Source of the DNA: Candidatus Peribacteria bacterium
Lineage (GTDB): Bacteria > Patescibacteriota > Gracilibacteria > UBA1369 > 2-02-FULL-48-14
NCBI GenBank assembly: GCA_943357175.1
Contig: CALRGE010000001.1
Span: 65,232-129,231, forward strand
Direction: 5' to 3'
Length of the DNA stretch: 64,000 bases
Shown: in pieces, positions 1 through 9,655 of the stretch
Numbering within the stretch: the first letter of the stretch is position 1
Layout: the number at the start of each line of letters is the position of its first letter
Made by a program: the position numbers and the translations under genes
Notes under the pieces: generated by a model
Databases searched by the model: none
Told to the model about the DNA's origin: nothing
What the model saw: the letters and a program-made list of their open reading frames with translations, nothing else

Positions 1-2
1 TT

Positions 3-572
3 GCTTATTTTGAGGCGAATATTTTTAATTCCTTCCTTGATAATTTCTATGTTTTGGAGGAGGAGCAAGCAACTCTTCGTGGTGAAACTCTTCCTAATGC
101 TCAAGTTAATACATATTGGAATTTAAGCGGGAAAATGATTATGGTTCAAACAATTGCGGATTTAAAAGGAGAATTTTCTTTAAAAGTTCCGAAGGGCCTT
201 GTGCCCGGTAAAAATCACACTGATGCCCAGGCTGAAGATCTTTCTACAAGGGTATTTAGTCATATTGTACCTGTAGATTTTGTTTTAGCGGAGGATGGGG
301 GCAGCTTATTTGTAATTTATATTTATTTCAAGGAGTTCCTGGCACTTTATGGATTCATAATTTTCTATTTTATAGTATTGATTATTTATGCTTGGAGATG
401 GCCGGAAATAATTTATTTATTTAGCGTATATACAATTTTGATTTTGTTGGATGAAGTAAGAGGACCGATTAATATATTTGTTCATGAGCATATTTTGATA
501 GATATACTCTTCTTCTTTCTGGCTTATCTGTTAAGGAAATTATTCATATTAAAAAGAAGCAAATATGAATAA
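3..572 (+). CDS. C-terminal part of an ORF entering from the left window edge; hypothetical membrane-anchored protein
   Basis: Frame is open from nt 3, with no in-frame stop upstream of the TTG at 54 used by the ORF track. The last ~90 aa are hydrophobic helices (FVIYIYF.., IIFYFIVLIIYAW.., ILFFFLAYLL). The stop overlaps the next start by 8 nt. Confidence 0.5.
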   Translation, partial: AYFEANIFNSFLDNFYVLEEEQATLRGETLPNAQVNTYWNLSGKMIMVQTIADLKGEFSLKVPKGLVPGKNHTDAQAEDLSTRVFSHIVPVDFVLAEDGGSLFVIYIYFKEFLALYGFIIFYFIVLIIYAWRWPEIIYLFSVYTILILLDEVRGPINIFVHEHILIDILFFFLAYLLRKLFILKRSKYE

Positions 573-2856
573 AAAAATAAAAATTTTGATTATGGGAATG
601 GTGCTTGTTTTGACTTTTGCTCATGTTGTTTTCAGTTCTGATTCATCAATCTTACAAAAAATTCAGCTTAGTGATGAAGGTGGTGAGCCTGCACCTGCAC
701 CTGAACCCGCGCCTATTCTTGAACCTACTCCTGCACCGGAACCAATATTGATACATGAGCCTACTCCTGTTCTACAGCCTGAAGTTGTAGCTCTTGAGCC
801 GGTTGTGGAAGAAGTGATTGCAGAGAGTGTGCCTGTTGAATCCGGTACCGGAGAATCAAGTACAGGTCAGGTGCTTGAATCTACTCAAATAAATCTAGTA
901 CCCGTAGAATCTCTTGAAAGTTATATGGCAAAAGGTGAGAAGCCTTTAAGCTGTCTTGATTTGCTGTCAAAAATTAAAGATAAAAATGAGCAGCCAAAAA
1001 TTATTGATTGGTTTACAGGTGACACAAAATGGGAGAGTTTTTGGGAGAGTTTTTGGGAGAGTTTTAAAGAGAGTATTAAAGTAGCGTTTGAGTATATTTC
1101 CACTAATCTTTTCTCTTTATTCTTGAAAATTTCAACACTTGAGACTCCTGCAATGCCTGTTTTGGATAAACTATATACTCAAGATGAACTGTTTAATCGC
1201 TTGTCTACAATAAATTCCGCATCAGAGTGCATTGATTTCTATAATACAATTTTTGTTAATCCCGATTATAAAATATATCAAGATTATCTAAAGACTTATA
1301 ATCCAAATCTGGTTGCTCAAACTTTTGTAAAGGTTGAGGAAAAAGTTGAACTTACACCTGAGACTCAAATTACGGAAGAGGTGATTGAAGTGATTGTTCA
1401 GCCTGAAGTAACGAAAGAAGCCTCGGTGGTGATACTGCCCAAAGTTACTTCCGCAAAAATTAGCCCGTCAGGGGCAAAATCAGGAGATGACTTGTTTGTT
1501 TCGGATGTTGTTTTTGAGAATAATCCAAATGATAAATATACAATGTCTTATCAGTGGCAAGAAAAATATAATCCTGATGGATATTATGATAAAAAATATC
1601 TTAACGCTGCCGATTTGAGGTCATTTTCTTTTGGTGAATTTACTAAGAAAAAATATACTTATAATGTAAATGTATCTAGTGTGGATATTGGTTTCGATTT
1701 TAATTTTTATGGAGTGAATTACAGTAAAATTAATGTTTCTTCAAATGGCTTCTTAAGTTTTGCGCCGTTTCATGATGCAACTGATATAAGTAAGAATCTT
1801 GATTTACCTGTGATTGCACCCTTCGCCCTTAAATCTATAAAAATTACCGATTCAGAATTTCAAACTCAAACATTTGGTGATGCGCCAAATCGAATTTTTG
1901 GACTTATGTGGGCGAGCAAACTTAAAACCGGAGATAAAATGAAGATTAAAATGCAACTTTATGAAAAAGATAATTCCATTTTAATATCATATAAAAATTC
2001 ATCACTTTCTAAAAAAGTTACCGCTGATGACTTAGGAATGTTTATTAGTGCCGATTCTACTTATGATTCAAAATACCCAAGTTTCAATTTTGATTTTAAG
2101 GAAATTTTTACGGATAACCGTGATATACATATTTTCCCAAAATCCAACTTTTTGAGCCTGCAAGATCAAGTCAGCAATACTTTAACAAGTGATATGTTAA
2201 AGCTTGGAGCCTCATATAGAGTTATAATTAATGAATCTTACACAAGTGCTCCTGTGATTATTCTTAAAAAAGGAACTGAAAAAGTTGGAAACATCAGCCC
2301 CACAGAATCTAAGAAAATAGGGAGTAATGAGAATGGAAAAATAGATGATGATCTTGCTCTTAGTGGAACTGGTGACGTTCAAGTGAGCACAGGTTTAGTG
2401 GCAGATACAACTACAACAGTTGTTGAAATAACTCCTACTGTAAGTGAAACGACGATATTAAACACGGCTATCTCAAGTGGCGTATGGGAAAGTTTCAACC
2501 CGTTTAATTTCTTGAGCTATCCAGGTAATCTCAGAATCAATGTTCAGAACTTCGATCAATTAATTTATGATGAACAGACATTATCTTTTACCGGATCACC
2601 TGGCTACATTGTCATTAAATTATCTGATTTTAAAGATAAATATTCTCCACGTTATATCGATAATGATGTTATTTATATAACGTTGAATGGTTTGAAGTCT
2701 AGTGGTACGGAATCAAATGGATATAGATATTATATGTTTCCAATCATTTCAGTTATAAATCAACAAGTAAGTATAGGTACATTTGTTAACTTCTTGGCGA
2801 ATACAATTTCAGGCGCATACGATCTGGAGGCTACTTATACATTTGTAAATCAATAA
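565..2856 (+). CDS. large secreted surface protein (signal peptide, Pro/Glu-rich linker, NIDO-like segment)
   Basis: 763-aa ORF. Signal peptide KKIKILIMGMVLVLTFAHVVFS, linker PAPAPEPAPILEPTPAPEP and a WESFWESFWESF repeat. IGFDFNFYGVNYSKINVSSNGFLSF resembles NIDO-type extracellular domains. The C-terminal tail GAYDLEATYTFVNQ is shared with other secreted proteins of the locus. Confidence 0.7.
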   Translation: MNKKIKILIMGMVLVLTFAHVVFSSDSSILQKIQLSDEGGEPAPAPEPAPILEPTPAPEPILIHEPTPVLQPEVVALEPVVEEVIAESVPVESGTGESSTGQVLESTQINLVPVESLESYMAKGEKPLSCLDLLSKIKDKNEQPKIIDWFTGDTKWESFWESFWESFKESIKVAFEYISTNLFSLFLKISTLETPAMPVLDKLYTQDELFNRLSTINSASECIDFYNTIFVNPDYKIYQDYLKTYNPNLVAQTFVKVEEKVELTPETQITEEVIEVIVQPEVTKEASVVILPKVTSAKISPSGAKSGDDLFVSDVVFENNPNDKYTMSYQWQEKYNPDGYYDKKYLNAADLRSFSFGEFTKKKYTYNVNVSSVDIGFDFNFYGVNYSKINVSSNGFLSFAPFHDATDISKNLDLPVIAPFALKSIKITDSEFQTQTFGDAPNRIFGLMWASKLKTGDKMKIKMQLYEKDNSILISYKNSSLSKKVTADDLGMFISADSTYDSKYPSFNFDFKEIFTDNRDIHIFPKSNFLSLQDQVSNTLTSDMLKLGASYRVIINESYTSAPVIILKKGTEKVGNISPTESKKIGSNENGKIDDDLALSGTGDVQVSTGLVADTTTTVVEITPTVSETTILNTAISSGVWESFNPFNFLSYPGNLRINVQNFDQLIYDEQTLSFTGSPGYIVIKLSDFKDKYSPRYIDNDVIYITLNGLKSSGTESNGYRYYMFPIISVINQQVSIGTFVNFLANTISGAYDLEATYTFVNQ
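1030..1065 (+). repeat. perfect 12-bp tandem repeat x3 (TGGGAGAGTTTT) encoding WESFWESFWESF
   Basis: Read directly: units at 1030-1041, 1042-1053 and 1054-1065. Confidence 0.95.
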
Positions 2857-2927
2857 CAGATCCTGCTTTTCCGTTAAATCTTCTGGTAAATACAGCGTCG
2901 GCAGTTTATTATTTGTATAATTAATAA

Positions 2928-3503
2928 TTGTTTATGAGTTCGAAGAATCAGCTGCTTTTAACGGTAATCTCTGTTTTTTTTGTAACGATAATCTATGTCA
3001 GTTATCCTGCGGATGCGGTTACCTGTGTAGGTGGCGGTGCTCTAACAATCACTGGGCTTCCGGCATCTGTAAATTTCCCGACACAAAGCCCAAGTGTTAC
3101 TTCAACTACTACAGGGATTGTGTTTGGATCATCACTATTTTTTGAAGATATGAGGAATACATCAGCAGGTTTTACATTGAATGTAACTGCTACCGACTTT
3201 ACAGACGTCAATAATATAAATAACACATTCGCCATTGCGAATTTGGCAATCACAAGCGACGGTAACGATACTATTGGATTTGTTGATTGTGACCCGATAA
3301 CAGGTATAACTGCAGGCGCATTAAATTTCTCTGATTTTATAGACTCTGATCTCAACGGCATTTCTGATGCCAAAACTCTTGTTACTGGTGATGTGAGGGC
3401 CAGAATAGGGAAGTATTCTATCGAGCCAGAGTTACAAATTACTATCCCTGCGAGAACTCCGGCTGGTAATTTTAGAACCACACTAACATTTTCTATACAA
3501 TGA
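2928..3503 (+). CDS. small secreted WxL-like surface protein (W replaced by F)
   Basis: 191 aa with an N-terminal signal/TM segment. Paralogous to the 203-aa protein at 11160-11771: GFTLNVTATDF vs GFTMQVTANDF, and C-terminal NFRTTLTFSIQ vs TYTTTLTYTVS. The size and two-motif layout resemble WxL-domain proteins of Firmicutes. Confidence 0.6.
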   Translation: MFMSSKNQLLLTVISVFFVTIIYVSYPADAVTCVGGGALTITGLPASVNFPTQSPSVTSTTTGIVFGSSLFFEDMRNTSAGFTLNVTATDFTDVNNINNTFAIANLAITSDGNDTIGFVDCDPITGITAGALNFSDFIDSDLNGISDAKTLVTGDVRARIGKYSIEPELQITIPARTPAGNFRTTLTFSIQ

Positions 3504-5758
3504 TCTTGAGATTGGCATCAATATTTTGGATTTGTTTTGTCGCACTGTCCTACTTTGTTACGAATAAGAGTCTATACATTCATTCATTTAATAAATATTG
3601 GGATGTCCCAGGTATTTTGACCTTTGGAACTTTCATATTTATTTTGATATTCGGCTTGGTGTTTCTTCTAATTAGAAAAGTTCAATCTTTAAAAGTCTGG
3701 CATCTTATTCTACTGTTTATAATCCTTCTGCCAATTATTGGGACAATAAGATTTGAAGCAGACACTTTTGCAATTTATAGAGGTATACCACTTGAAAGCG
3801 AAGGGGAATTATACTTACAAACTAATGATCCTGTTGTTAATCCAGAGCAAAGTAAAGCTGTAGCATGGCAAGAATACCGGCAATACTTTGAAATACAATC
3901 TACGCAAACCGCATTTTTAAATATTGCCGAAAAAATATTTGTCGCGACAGGATTTGCATTGCTTGTTTTATTAATAATTTATACAATCGGTTTTTGGTTT
4001 TCCAGGCTTATAAAAGAAGGAGTGTCTCCATTGATAAAATTCGGGCTTGGAACACTCACCCTTTCGCTAATTCTTTTTTTGTTGGCGAAGACTTCTCTTC
4101 TAGATAAAAGTACTCTGGCAATAGTTGCCATGCTCGCTATAGCATCTTCATTTTCTGCACTTAAAGAAATTGTCTCTATTTTAAGTCAGAAAATTTTATT
4201 GGGGAAAATCGAATCAGTTTTACTTTCGGCTGGTTTTTTTATTTTTGCTTTTAACTTTATCGAAGTAGTTGAGCCACTTCCTGCCGGTTATGATGACTAC
4301 TCTTACTATCTTAATTTACCCAAACTTCTGGCGGAACATGGTGCTTACGTTCATAGCTACTATCCTTATGCGTTTGCGCTTATTCAGAGTTTTATTTTAA
4401 TTTTATCCGGTAGCCTGGCTGCAACTAAAACCCTCTCATTATTTTTTGCGATTGCTTCTTTGCTTGCTTGCCATTCCTTTTTCAAAAAATTCTCACCGAA
4501 AAATTCCGCGGCTCTTTTGACACTGATTTTTATAGCCATCCCAACAATTTTTGTTCACAGTTATCTTCAGTTAAAAACGGAATTTCCTATGATCTTTTTC
4601 AGCATACTTGCTCTTCAGTGTTTTTATGATTTTCTTAAAAATAAATCTCTTAAATGGATTTTTCTCGCCGGACTTTTTGCCGGCTTTGCTTTCTCAATTA
4701 AATTGACAGCTGCACTCTTGGCGGCTGCTTTGTTACTAATGCTGCTATTCGAATTTAAAATAAAATATGTAGTGATATTATTTTTAGGACTTGCCATCAC
4801 TGTTTTGCCATGGGGGCTTTCTAACATGTCACTGAATCGGCAAATTTCATGGGCTTCTTTAACCAGTGATTCGCAAACGGATCTACCTGTCTATAATAAT
4901 CAGGACTTAAAAATTAACCCTGATTATTGCATTGCAAATGGTGCTGCAGATGCAGATTACGACCGTTATATGGGTGAATATGACAGCAAAATTATAAAAT
5001 ATCTTCTTCTTCCTTGGGACAGCACAATGAAGATTTCCGCCAAATCATTTGTTACAAATATAGGGTTTATTTTACTGGCACTTTGTCCTTTTGCCTTACT
5101 AGGAATAAGAAAGAAAGATAAAATTCATAAAATCTTTTTCGCCGGGGCTTTGTTTTATTGGTTTCTTTGGCTATTGCTTGGAAAAGGTGTGATTTGGTAT
5201 GGGATGAGCGGTTTCCTTTTTCTTTTAATTTTCATGTCAATGAGCTTTGAATTCTTTAAGGAGATTAAAGCAAGAAAAATTCTTTTTTTTACAGTCACCA
5301 TTTTTATTGCGGCATCACTCTTCCTTAGGACAAATATGTTTTTGCAAAGATCGCAGGTCTTAATGCCTTATCTTTCCGGCATGGCGAACGAGACTGAATA
5401 TATAAACTATCAAGGCCCTAATATTTTATATATGGCTGCATTACTCAACTCTGAACCTGATTCAATAATTTACATGTCGAACCACGCAGTTCTAAAGTAT
5501 TTCATCAATAAAAGTGATCAAAGGGTTATTTTCGATCCTTATCTTGATAATTTCACATGTCTCTATCAAGACAAAAATGACGACGCACTTCTTGAAAGAT
5601 TCAAAATTATGGGTGTTGACTATTTGGTACTGATTCCATCTGAAGACTTTTCCACATCATTCGTTAAAGAAGCCCAGGCTGAAGCTTTGAAATTTGCAAA
5701 CGAGAAACTACAACTTGTAATAAGTTATAACTCAACTTACATATATAAAATAATATGA
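3500..5758 (+). CDS. GT-C fold glycosyltransferase, PMT/ArnT (PMT_2)-like, with an N-terminal multi-TM extension
   Basis: 752 aa, polytopic. EPLPAGYDDYSYYLNLPKLL is an acidic loop motif, followed by ...KWIFLAGLFAGFAFSIKLTA, as in PMT_2/ArnT-type transferases. ATGA start/stop overlap with the upstream gene. Paralogue of the next gene. Confidence 0.6.
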   Translation: MILRLASIFWICFVALSYFVTNKSLYIHSFNKYWDVPGILTFGTFIFILIFGLVFLLIRKVQSLKVWHLILLFIILLPIIGTIRFEADTFAIYRGIPLESEGELYLQTNDPVVNPEQSKAVAWQEYRQYFEIQSTQTAFLNIAEKIFVATGFALLVLLIIYTIGFWFSRLIKEGVSPLIKFGLGTLTLSLILFLLAKTSLLDKSTLAIVAMLAIASSFSALKEIVSILSQKILLGKIESVLLSAGFFIFAFNFIEVVEPLPAGYDDYSYYLNLPKLLAEHGAYVHSYYPYAFALIQSFILILSGSLAATKTLSLFFAIASLLACHSFFKKFSPKNSAALLTLIFIAIPTIFVHSYLQLKTEFPMIFFSILALQCFYDFLKNKSLKWIFLAGLFAGFAFSIKLTAALLAAALLLMLLFEFKIKYVVILFLGLAITVLPWGLSNMSLNRQISWASLTSDSQTDLPVYNNQDLKINPDYCIANGAADADYDRYMGEYDSKIIKYLLLPWDSTMKISAKSFVTNIGFILLALCPFALLGIRKKDKIHKIFFAGALFYWFLWLLLGKGVIWYGMSGFLFLLIFMSMSFEFFKEIKARKILFFTVTIFIAASLFLRTNMFLQRSQVLMPYLSGMANETEYINYQGPNILYMAALLNSEPDSIIYMSNHAVLKYFINKSDQRVIFDPYLDNFTCLYQDKNDDALLERFKIMGVDYLVLIPSEDFSTSFVKEAQAEALKFANEKLQLVISYNSTYIYKII

Positions 5759-8274
5759 AAAAAAATCTCCTTGCAAATATTTTCAAACTTTATCCTTTAT
5801 GGATCATTTTTGTAGCCGGATTTTATTTTTGGACAAATCGATCTTTTTTTGAATCTTTCAATCCTAATGTTGGCTTCGTCCACATTATTTTATATTTCAA
5901 TTTGATAGTTGTTAGTGGTTTTATTTTCACTATCGTTACGCCGTATTTAATTAAGCTTTCGAAAATAAAAAAGCTTAATCTACTCCACTTTCTTGCCTTT
6001 CTTTTCTTAACAACCATTTTTGTAAATGTTCTAAGCTTAAGTAGAGGCTACAGCATATATAATGGAGCGCCTCTTATCAAAACCGTAGATGGTGTAAAAT
6101 TTTACGAAAATGAAATCATAAGTTATGAAGATATCATTCTCAAAAATGGTAAAATTTTGAGTGATGAAAAAAAGGCCGAATTAAACTTACCTGTAGAAAT
6201 TGCAGGATCATTTGAGAAGCTCTCTTTTAGTAAAGCTTTATACAGAATCGGAATCCACATGTCTGTGGAATATTTGAAGCTGTTTTTCATTTTATTCTCA
6301 ATGTTGGGCGCCGGACTACTGACTTTTAAGCTTTTTTCACGTGAAATTAATTTAAAAAATACAATTTTTGCCTTTGGACTAGGAACAATAATTTTTTCAG
6401 AAATATTATTTTTATTAGCTAAATTTTCTTATTTAAATCTCACAAGCGTCAGCGTAATAAGCGGAATATTTTTTATTGCCGCTTTAAGCCAATCAAAAAA
6501 TTTGTGGAAAGTTATTAATGAAAATAGCATGGAAGAAAAATTATTTGGTCCACCTTTGCTTATTTTGATATATGGTCTTGCTGTTTTTCTTTCCTGGAAT
6601 TTTTCGGAGGCAATGGAGCCGCTCCCAATTGGCTTCGACGACGTTTCTCTTTACATGAACTTGCCAAACCTAATTGCTCATTTTGGAAGTCTAATAAATA
6701 TCAACTCATTTTATTCCTTTAGTTTGATACAAGGCGCTGCGGAAATACTAAATCCTGCAGGGTCACTTAAAAAGGTTCTCATTTTTGCTTTTGGCACGTT
6801 GTCAGTTTTTCCTGTTTACTTCCTTTTAAAAGAATTTGTATCAAAAAAATATGCTGTGTTTGGTGTTGCGGCATTACTACTTACCCCGACAATTTTTGCA
6901 CATAACTTTCTACAGATAAAAGTTGAAATGTCATTACTGTTTTTCGGAACTTCTTCAATCTTATGTACTTATCTTTGGATGAAAGAGAAAAACTTAAAAT
7001 GGCTTGCTTTGGCAGGTCTATTTTTAGGCTTCGCTTTCACAATAAAACTTACCGCATTTTTTTTGGTAGTAGCAATCATATCAGCTGTGATTTGTAAATT
7101 ATTCTCAAATTACCTTGGAATTTGGAGTTTTTCACTACTTCTCACTATTTTTATCTTCACTCAGAACTTTAGCGGTGAAAGACTGAGTTGGCTTGAAAAT
7201 GATTTTTTCAGAATCATATTCTTTTCACTGCTATTCATAACTGGAGTGGCTGTTATGATTCACAGCATAAAAGATAAAATCTTCAGTCTTAAAAAGCTAC
7301 ATGCAATTGTAATACTCGGTGTTTTTTTACTCCTACCCTTAATTCCGTGGGTGATTTCCAATGTTTTGATTAATAAGGAGCTGAGCATTTCATCAGCGAT
7401 GTTTAATAACAAAGCCGATTTTAATGTCGAAGATTTATCCCAATATGTTTGTGTGAATGAAGGTATTACCGCCACTGATTATGAAAGATACATGCCTGAG
7501 CACTCAGGGCAATTGATGGATTTTTTGTATCTACCATGGGATTTAACAATGAGCACTTCGTCAAAATCAGTTATCACTAATATTGGCTTCTTATTTTTGG
7601 CTATTTGTCCGGCCTTTTTCTTCACATTTGAAAAGAAACATGTCGCTGCATTTGCACTCTGTGGAATTTTCTTTTGGATTTTCTGGGCAATCTCAGCCAA
7701 GGGAATAATTTGGTACGGCTTTACAGGCTTCGCTTTTCTTATTTTACTTTTTACGAAAAGCTTTGCGGCACTATGCGAATCGAATAAAGTATCAAAATAC
7801 TCTGCCACAATTGCTGTCTTAGGTTTTTTTATAATCTCATTTTTCTTCAGAAGCAATATGTACATTTCCAGGACACACAGTTTTGTTCCGTACTATGCAG
7901 GTTTGGCTACTTATGAAAACTATGTGGACAATTTATATCCTGAACATCGAAAAATGGCTGATATCTTGAATAGCGATCCAATTGCAAAAATATATCTCAC
8001 CGACAACGCTTTCCTTTTCTATTTTATCAATGAAAATAATCTAAGAGTATATCGTGACCACTACCTTGATACATTTGACTGTCTAGATTCAAGCGGCAAG
8101 GCAGTGGATGAGTTGAAAAAGAACTTTGATTACATAGTAATCAGCGCACCGGTGAATGATCTTGATTTCGGCCAAGGTTTACACGGGAGGACCGTAAAAC
8201 TTTTTGACTTGGCAAATCAAAATTTTACATTCATAACGGGAAATAAAAATACCTATCTTTTCAGGGTAAATTGA
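5755..8274 (+). CDS. GT-C fold glycosyltransferase, PMT/ArnT (PMT_2)-like; paralogue of 3500-5758
   Basis: 839 aa, polytopic. It contains EPLPIGFDDVSLYMNLPNLI, KWLALAGLFLGFAFTIKLTA and the shared YERYM..LLPWD..TNIGF..L..CP segment. ATGA overlap with the upstream gene. Confidence 0.6.
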   Translation: MKKNLLANIFKLYPLWIIFVAGFYFWTNRSFFESFNPNVGFVHIILYFNLIVVSGFIFTIVTPYLIKLSKIKKLNLLHFLAFLFLTTIFVNVLSLSRGYSIYNGAPLIKTVDGVKFYENEIISYEDIILKNGKILSDEKKAELNLPVEIAGSFEKLSFSKALYRIGIHMSVEYLKLFFILFSMLGAGLLTFKLFSREINLKNTIFAFGLGTIIFSEILFLLAKFSYLNLTSVSVISGIFFIAALSQSKNLWKVINENSMEEKLFGPPLLILIYGLAVFLSWNFSEAMEPLPIGFDDVSLYMNLPNLIAHFGSLININSFYSFSLIQGAAEILNPAGSLKKVLIFAFGTLSVFPVYFLLKEFVSKKYAVFGVAALLLTPTIFAHNFLQIKVEMSLLFFGTSSILCTYLWMKEKNLKWLALAGLFLGFAFTIKLTAFFLVVAIISAVICKLFSNYLGIWSFSLLLTIFIFTQNFSGERLSWLENDFFRIIFFSLLFITGVAVMIHSIKDKIFSLKKLHAIVILGVFLLLPLIPWVISNVLINKELSISSAMFNNKADFNVEDLSQYVCVNEGITATDYERYMPEHSGQLMDFLYLPWDLTMSTSSKSVITNIGFLFLAICPAFFFTFEKKHVAAFALCGIFFWIFWAISAKGIIWYGFTGFAFLILLFTKSFAALCESNKVSKYSATIAVLGFFIISFFFRSNMYISRTHSFVPYYAGLATYENYVDNLYPEHRKMADILNSDPIAKIYLTDNAFLFYFINENNLRVYRDHYLDTFDCLDSSGKAVDELKKNFDYIVISAPVNDLDFGQGLHGRTVKLFDLANQNFTFITGNKNTYLFRVN

Positions 8275-8946
8275 TTATTTTCCTGTTTTCTTCTTTTTCT
8301 TGTCTGATGAGATTCCTCTTTCTTTACTCTGATGAATAGCCATTACTATTGATGCAACAAGTATTAAAAGACCTGGGATTATATATTTACTATAATTATT
8401 TGAAGTGGTATCTGAGTTAATGTCATCTAATGGAGCAGGCTCTACATATGCTTCTTCTGCAACAACAGTTAAATGAACTCTTAGGCCAATTCTTGCAACA
8501 GATGCTATTGTTCCTTCGGTGCTAGGGTCAGCAACTTCTATAGCTGTAATGCCTCCCCAATATTCCCCTAATGCTTGAGTGGCAGGAACAGTAATTGTTC
8601 CCTGTAAAATCTGATTTTCTCCTGCCAGAAGGCTTATCATAGGAGTTGGCAATTTTCCCCAAAGTCCTAACTCAATCTTTGCTTCACTTGCGTCTTTTAG
8701 GGCAAAAGTTCCTGTATCTGACTTCGTGGAATCAACAATATCAATCTCAAATGTACTATCGTAATCATTGCCATTAGTGATAATAAAGTTTAAATCTACG
8801 CTAGCACCAGGGTAGGCACTCACTTCAACATAGCCATTATTGTCATCTGCTCCATTATATGGAGCAAGTCCTATGCTAGTTGCTCCTGCAATTGGTATTG
8901 ATAAAAAGAACGATGATAGGAACAGACTTGTAAAAAAGTTTTTCAT
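8275..8946 (-). CDS. DUF916-like cell-surface protein with C-terminal TM anchor and basic tail
   Basis: 223 aa with a signal peptide. FALKDASEAKIELGLWGKL..., GEYWGGITAIEV and ARIGLRVHLTV match the DUF916 pattern (G-x-Y-x-GG then R-I-G-x-R strand). C-terminal TM followed by KKKKKTGK. Confidence 0.55.
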   Translation of the reverse strand: MKNFFTSLFLSSFFLSIPIAGATSIGLAPYNGADDNNGYVEVSAYPGASVDLNFIITNGNDYDSTFEIDIVDSTKSDTGTFALKDASEAKIELGLWGKLPTPMISLLAGENQILQGTITVPATQALGEYWGGITAIEVADPSTEGTIASVARIGLRVHLTVVAEEAYVEPAPLDDINSDTTSNNYSKYIIPGLLILVASIVMAIHQSKERGISSDKKKKKTGK

Positions 8947-8962
8947 AAGGGGTGGTTAATAA

Positions 8963-9655
8963 TTATTTTTTGGTGGAAGAAAACTGGGATACAAGAATAA
9001 AGATAAGTGCGACAGAGCTGATTATAATGGAAGACAATATATATTTCCAATATAATTTAAATTTATCAATCTCCATTTTCTCAATAATTTGAGGATTATC
9101 AGTAACCACTACCTTAACTCTACTAACTATTCTCACTTCTGTTGCCACTCCAATAGACTCATCAAGCCCGTATCCTTCCGTCGTAGCCGCACCACCCCAG
9201 TAAACTCCATTTTTAGTGTCAGCTGGAATCGTGAGAGTAAAGCCAATATTTTCCGTGCTCTCAGCTTCCATGTTTATATTCTCTTCCTCAAAGGTTAACC
9301 ATTTACCTATATTGGATTGTTCTTCTCCAATAGATTTGAGAGAAAAATGTTCTTGTGTCGATCCATCTACAACGTCAATACTTGAGATAGAAACACTTGT
9401 CTTGTAGCCATTTCTATTTATAACAGTTGCGCTGTCGGAAATAGTTTCTCCCGCCTTTAGTTCATAAATAAAATAAAAAGGATTTTCAGCGCTTGGAAAA
9501 GTGGGCACAATACTTACACTACCTAATAATGTGGGATTCAAAATTTTATATACAGCAAAACCTCCAATAAGGAGGACTGCTGTACAAATAAGAAAGATTA
9601 TTTTCTTACTATTCTTTTGATATTGGCCTAGTATGTGGGATAAGAATTTTGGCAC
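8963..9655 (-). CDS. DUF916-like cell-surface protein with N- and C-terminal TM segments
   Basis: 230 aa with GVYWGGAATTEG ... EVRIVSRVKVVV and a C-terminal TM. The annotated start overlaps the upstream gene by 47 nt, and no alternative ATG is available. Confidence 0.5.
   Translation of the reverse strand: MPKFLSHILGQYQKNSKKIIFLICTAVLLIGGFAVYKILNPTLLGSVSIVPTFPSAENPFYFIYELKAGETISDSATVINRNGYKTSVSISSIDVVDGSTQEHFSLKSIGEEQSNIGKWLTFEEENINMEAESTENIGFTLTIPADTKNGVYWGGAATTEGYGLDESIGVATEVRIVSRVKVVVTDNPQIIEKMEIDKFKLYWKYILSSIIISSVALIFILVSQFSSTKK

Noticed and set aside
3002-3481. 159-aa antisense ORF inside the WxL-like gene. The same class includes 12133-12438, 16007-16201, 16563-17022, 18357-19151, 22544-25027, 26441-26740, 40859-41509 and 52044-52355.
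   Set aside because: Each lies fully within a motif-supported gene on the opposite strand or frame and has low-complexity or odd composition. These are typical shadow ORFs.
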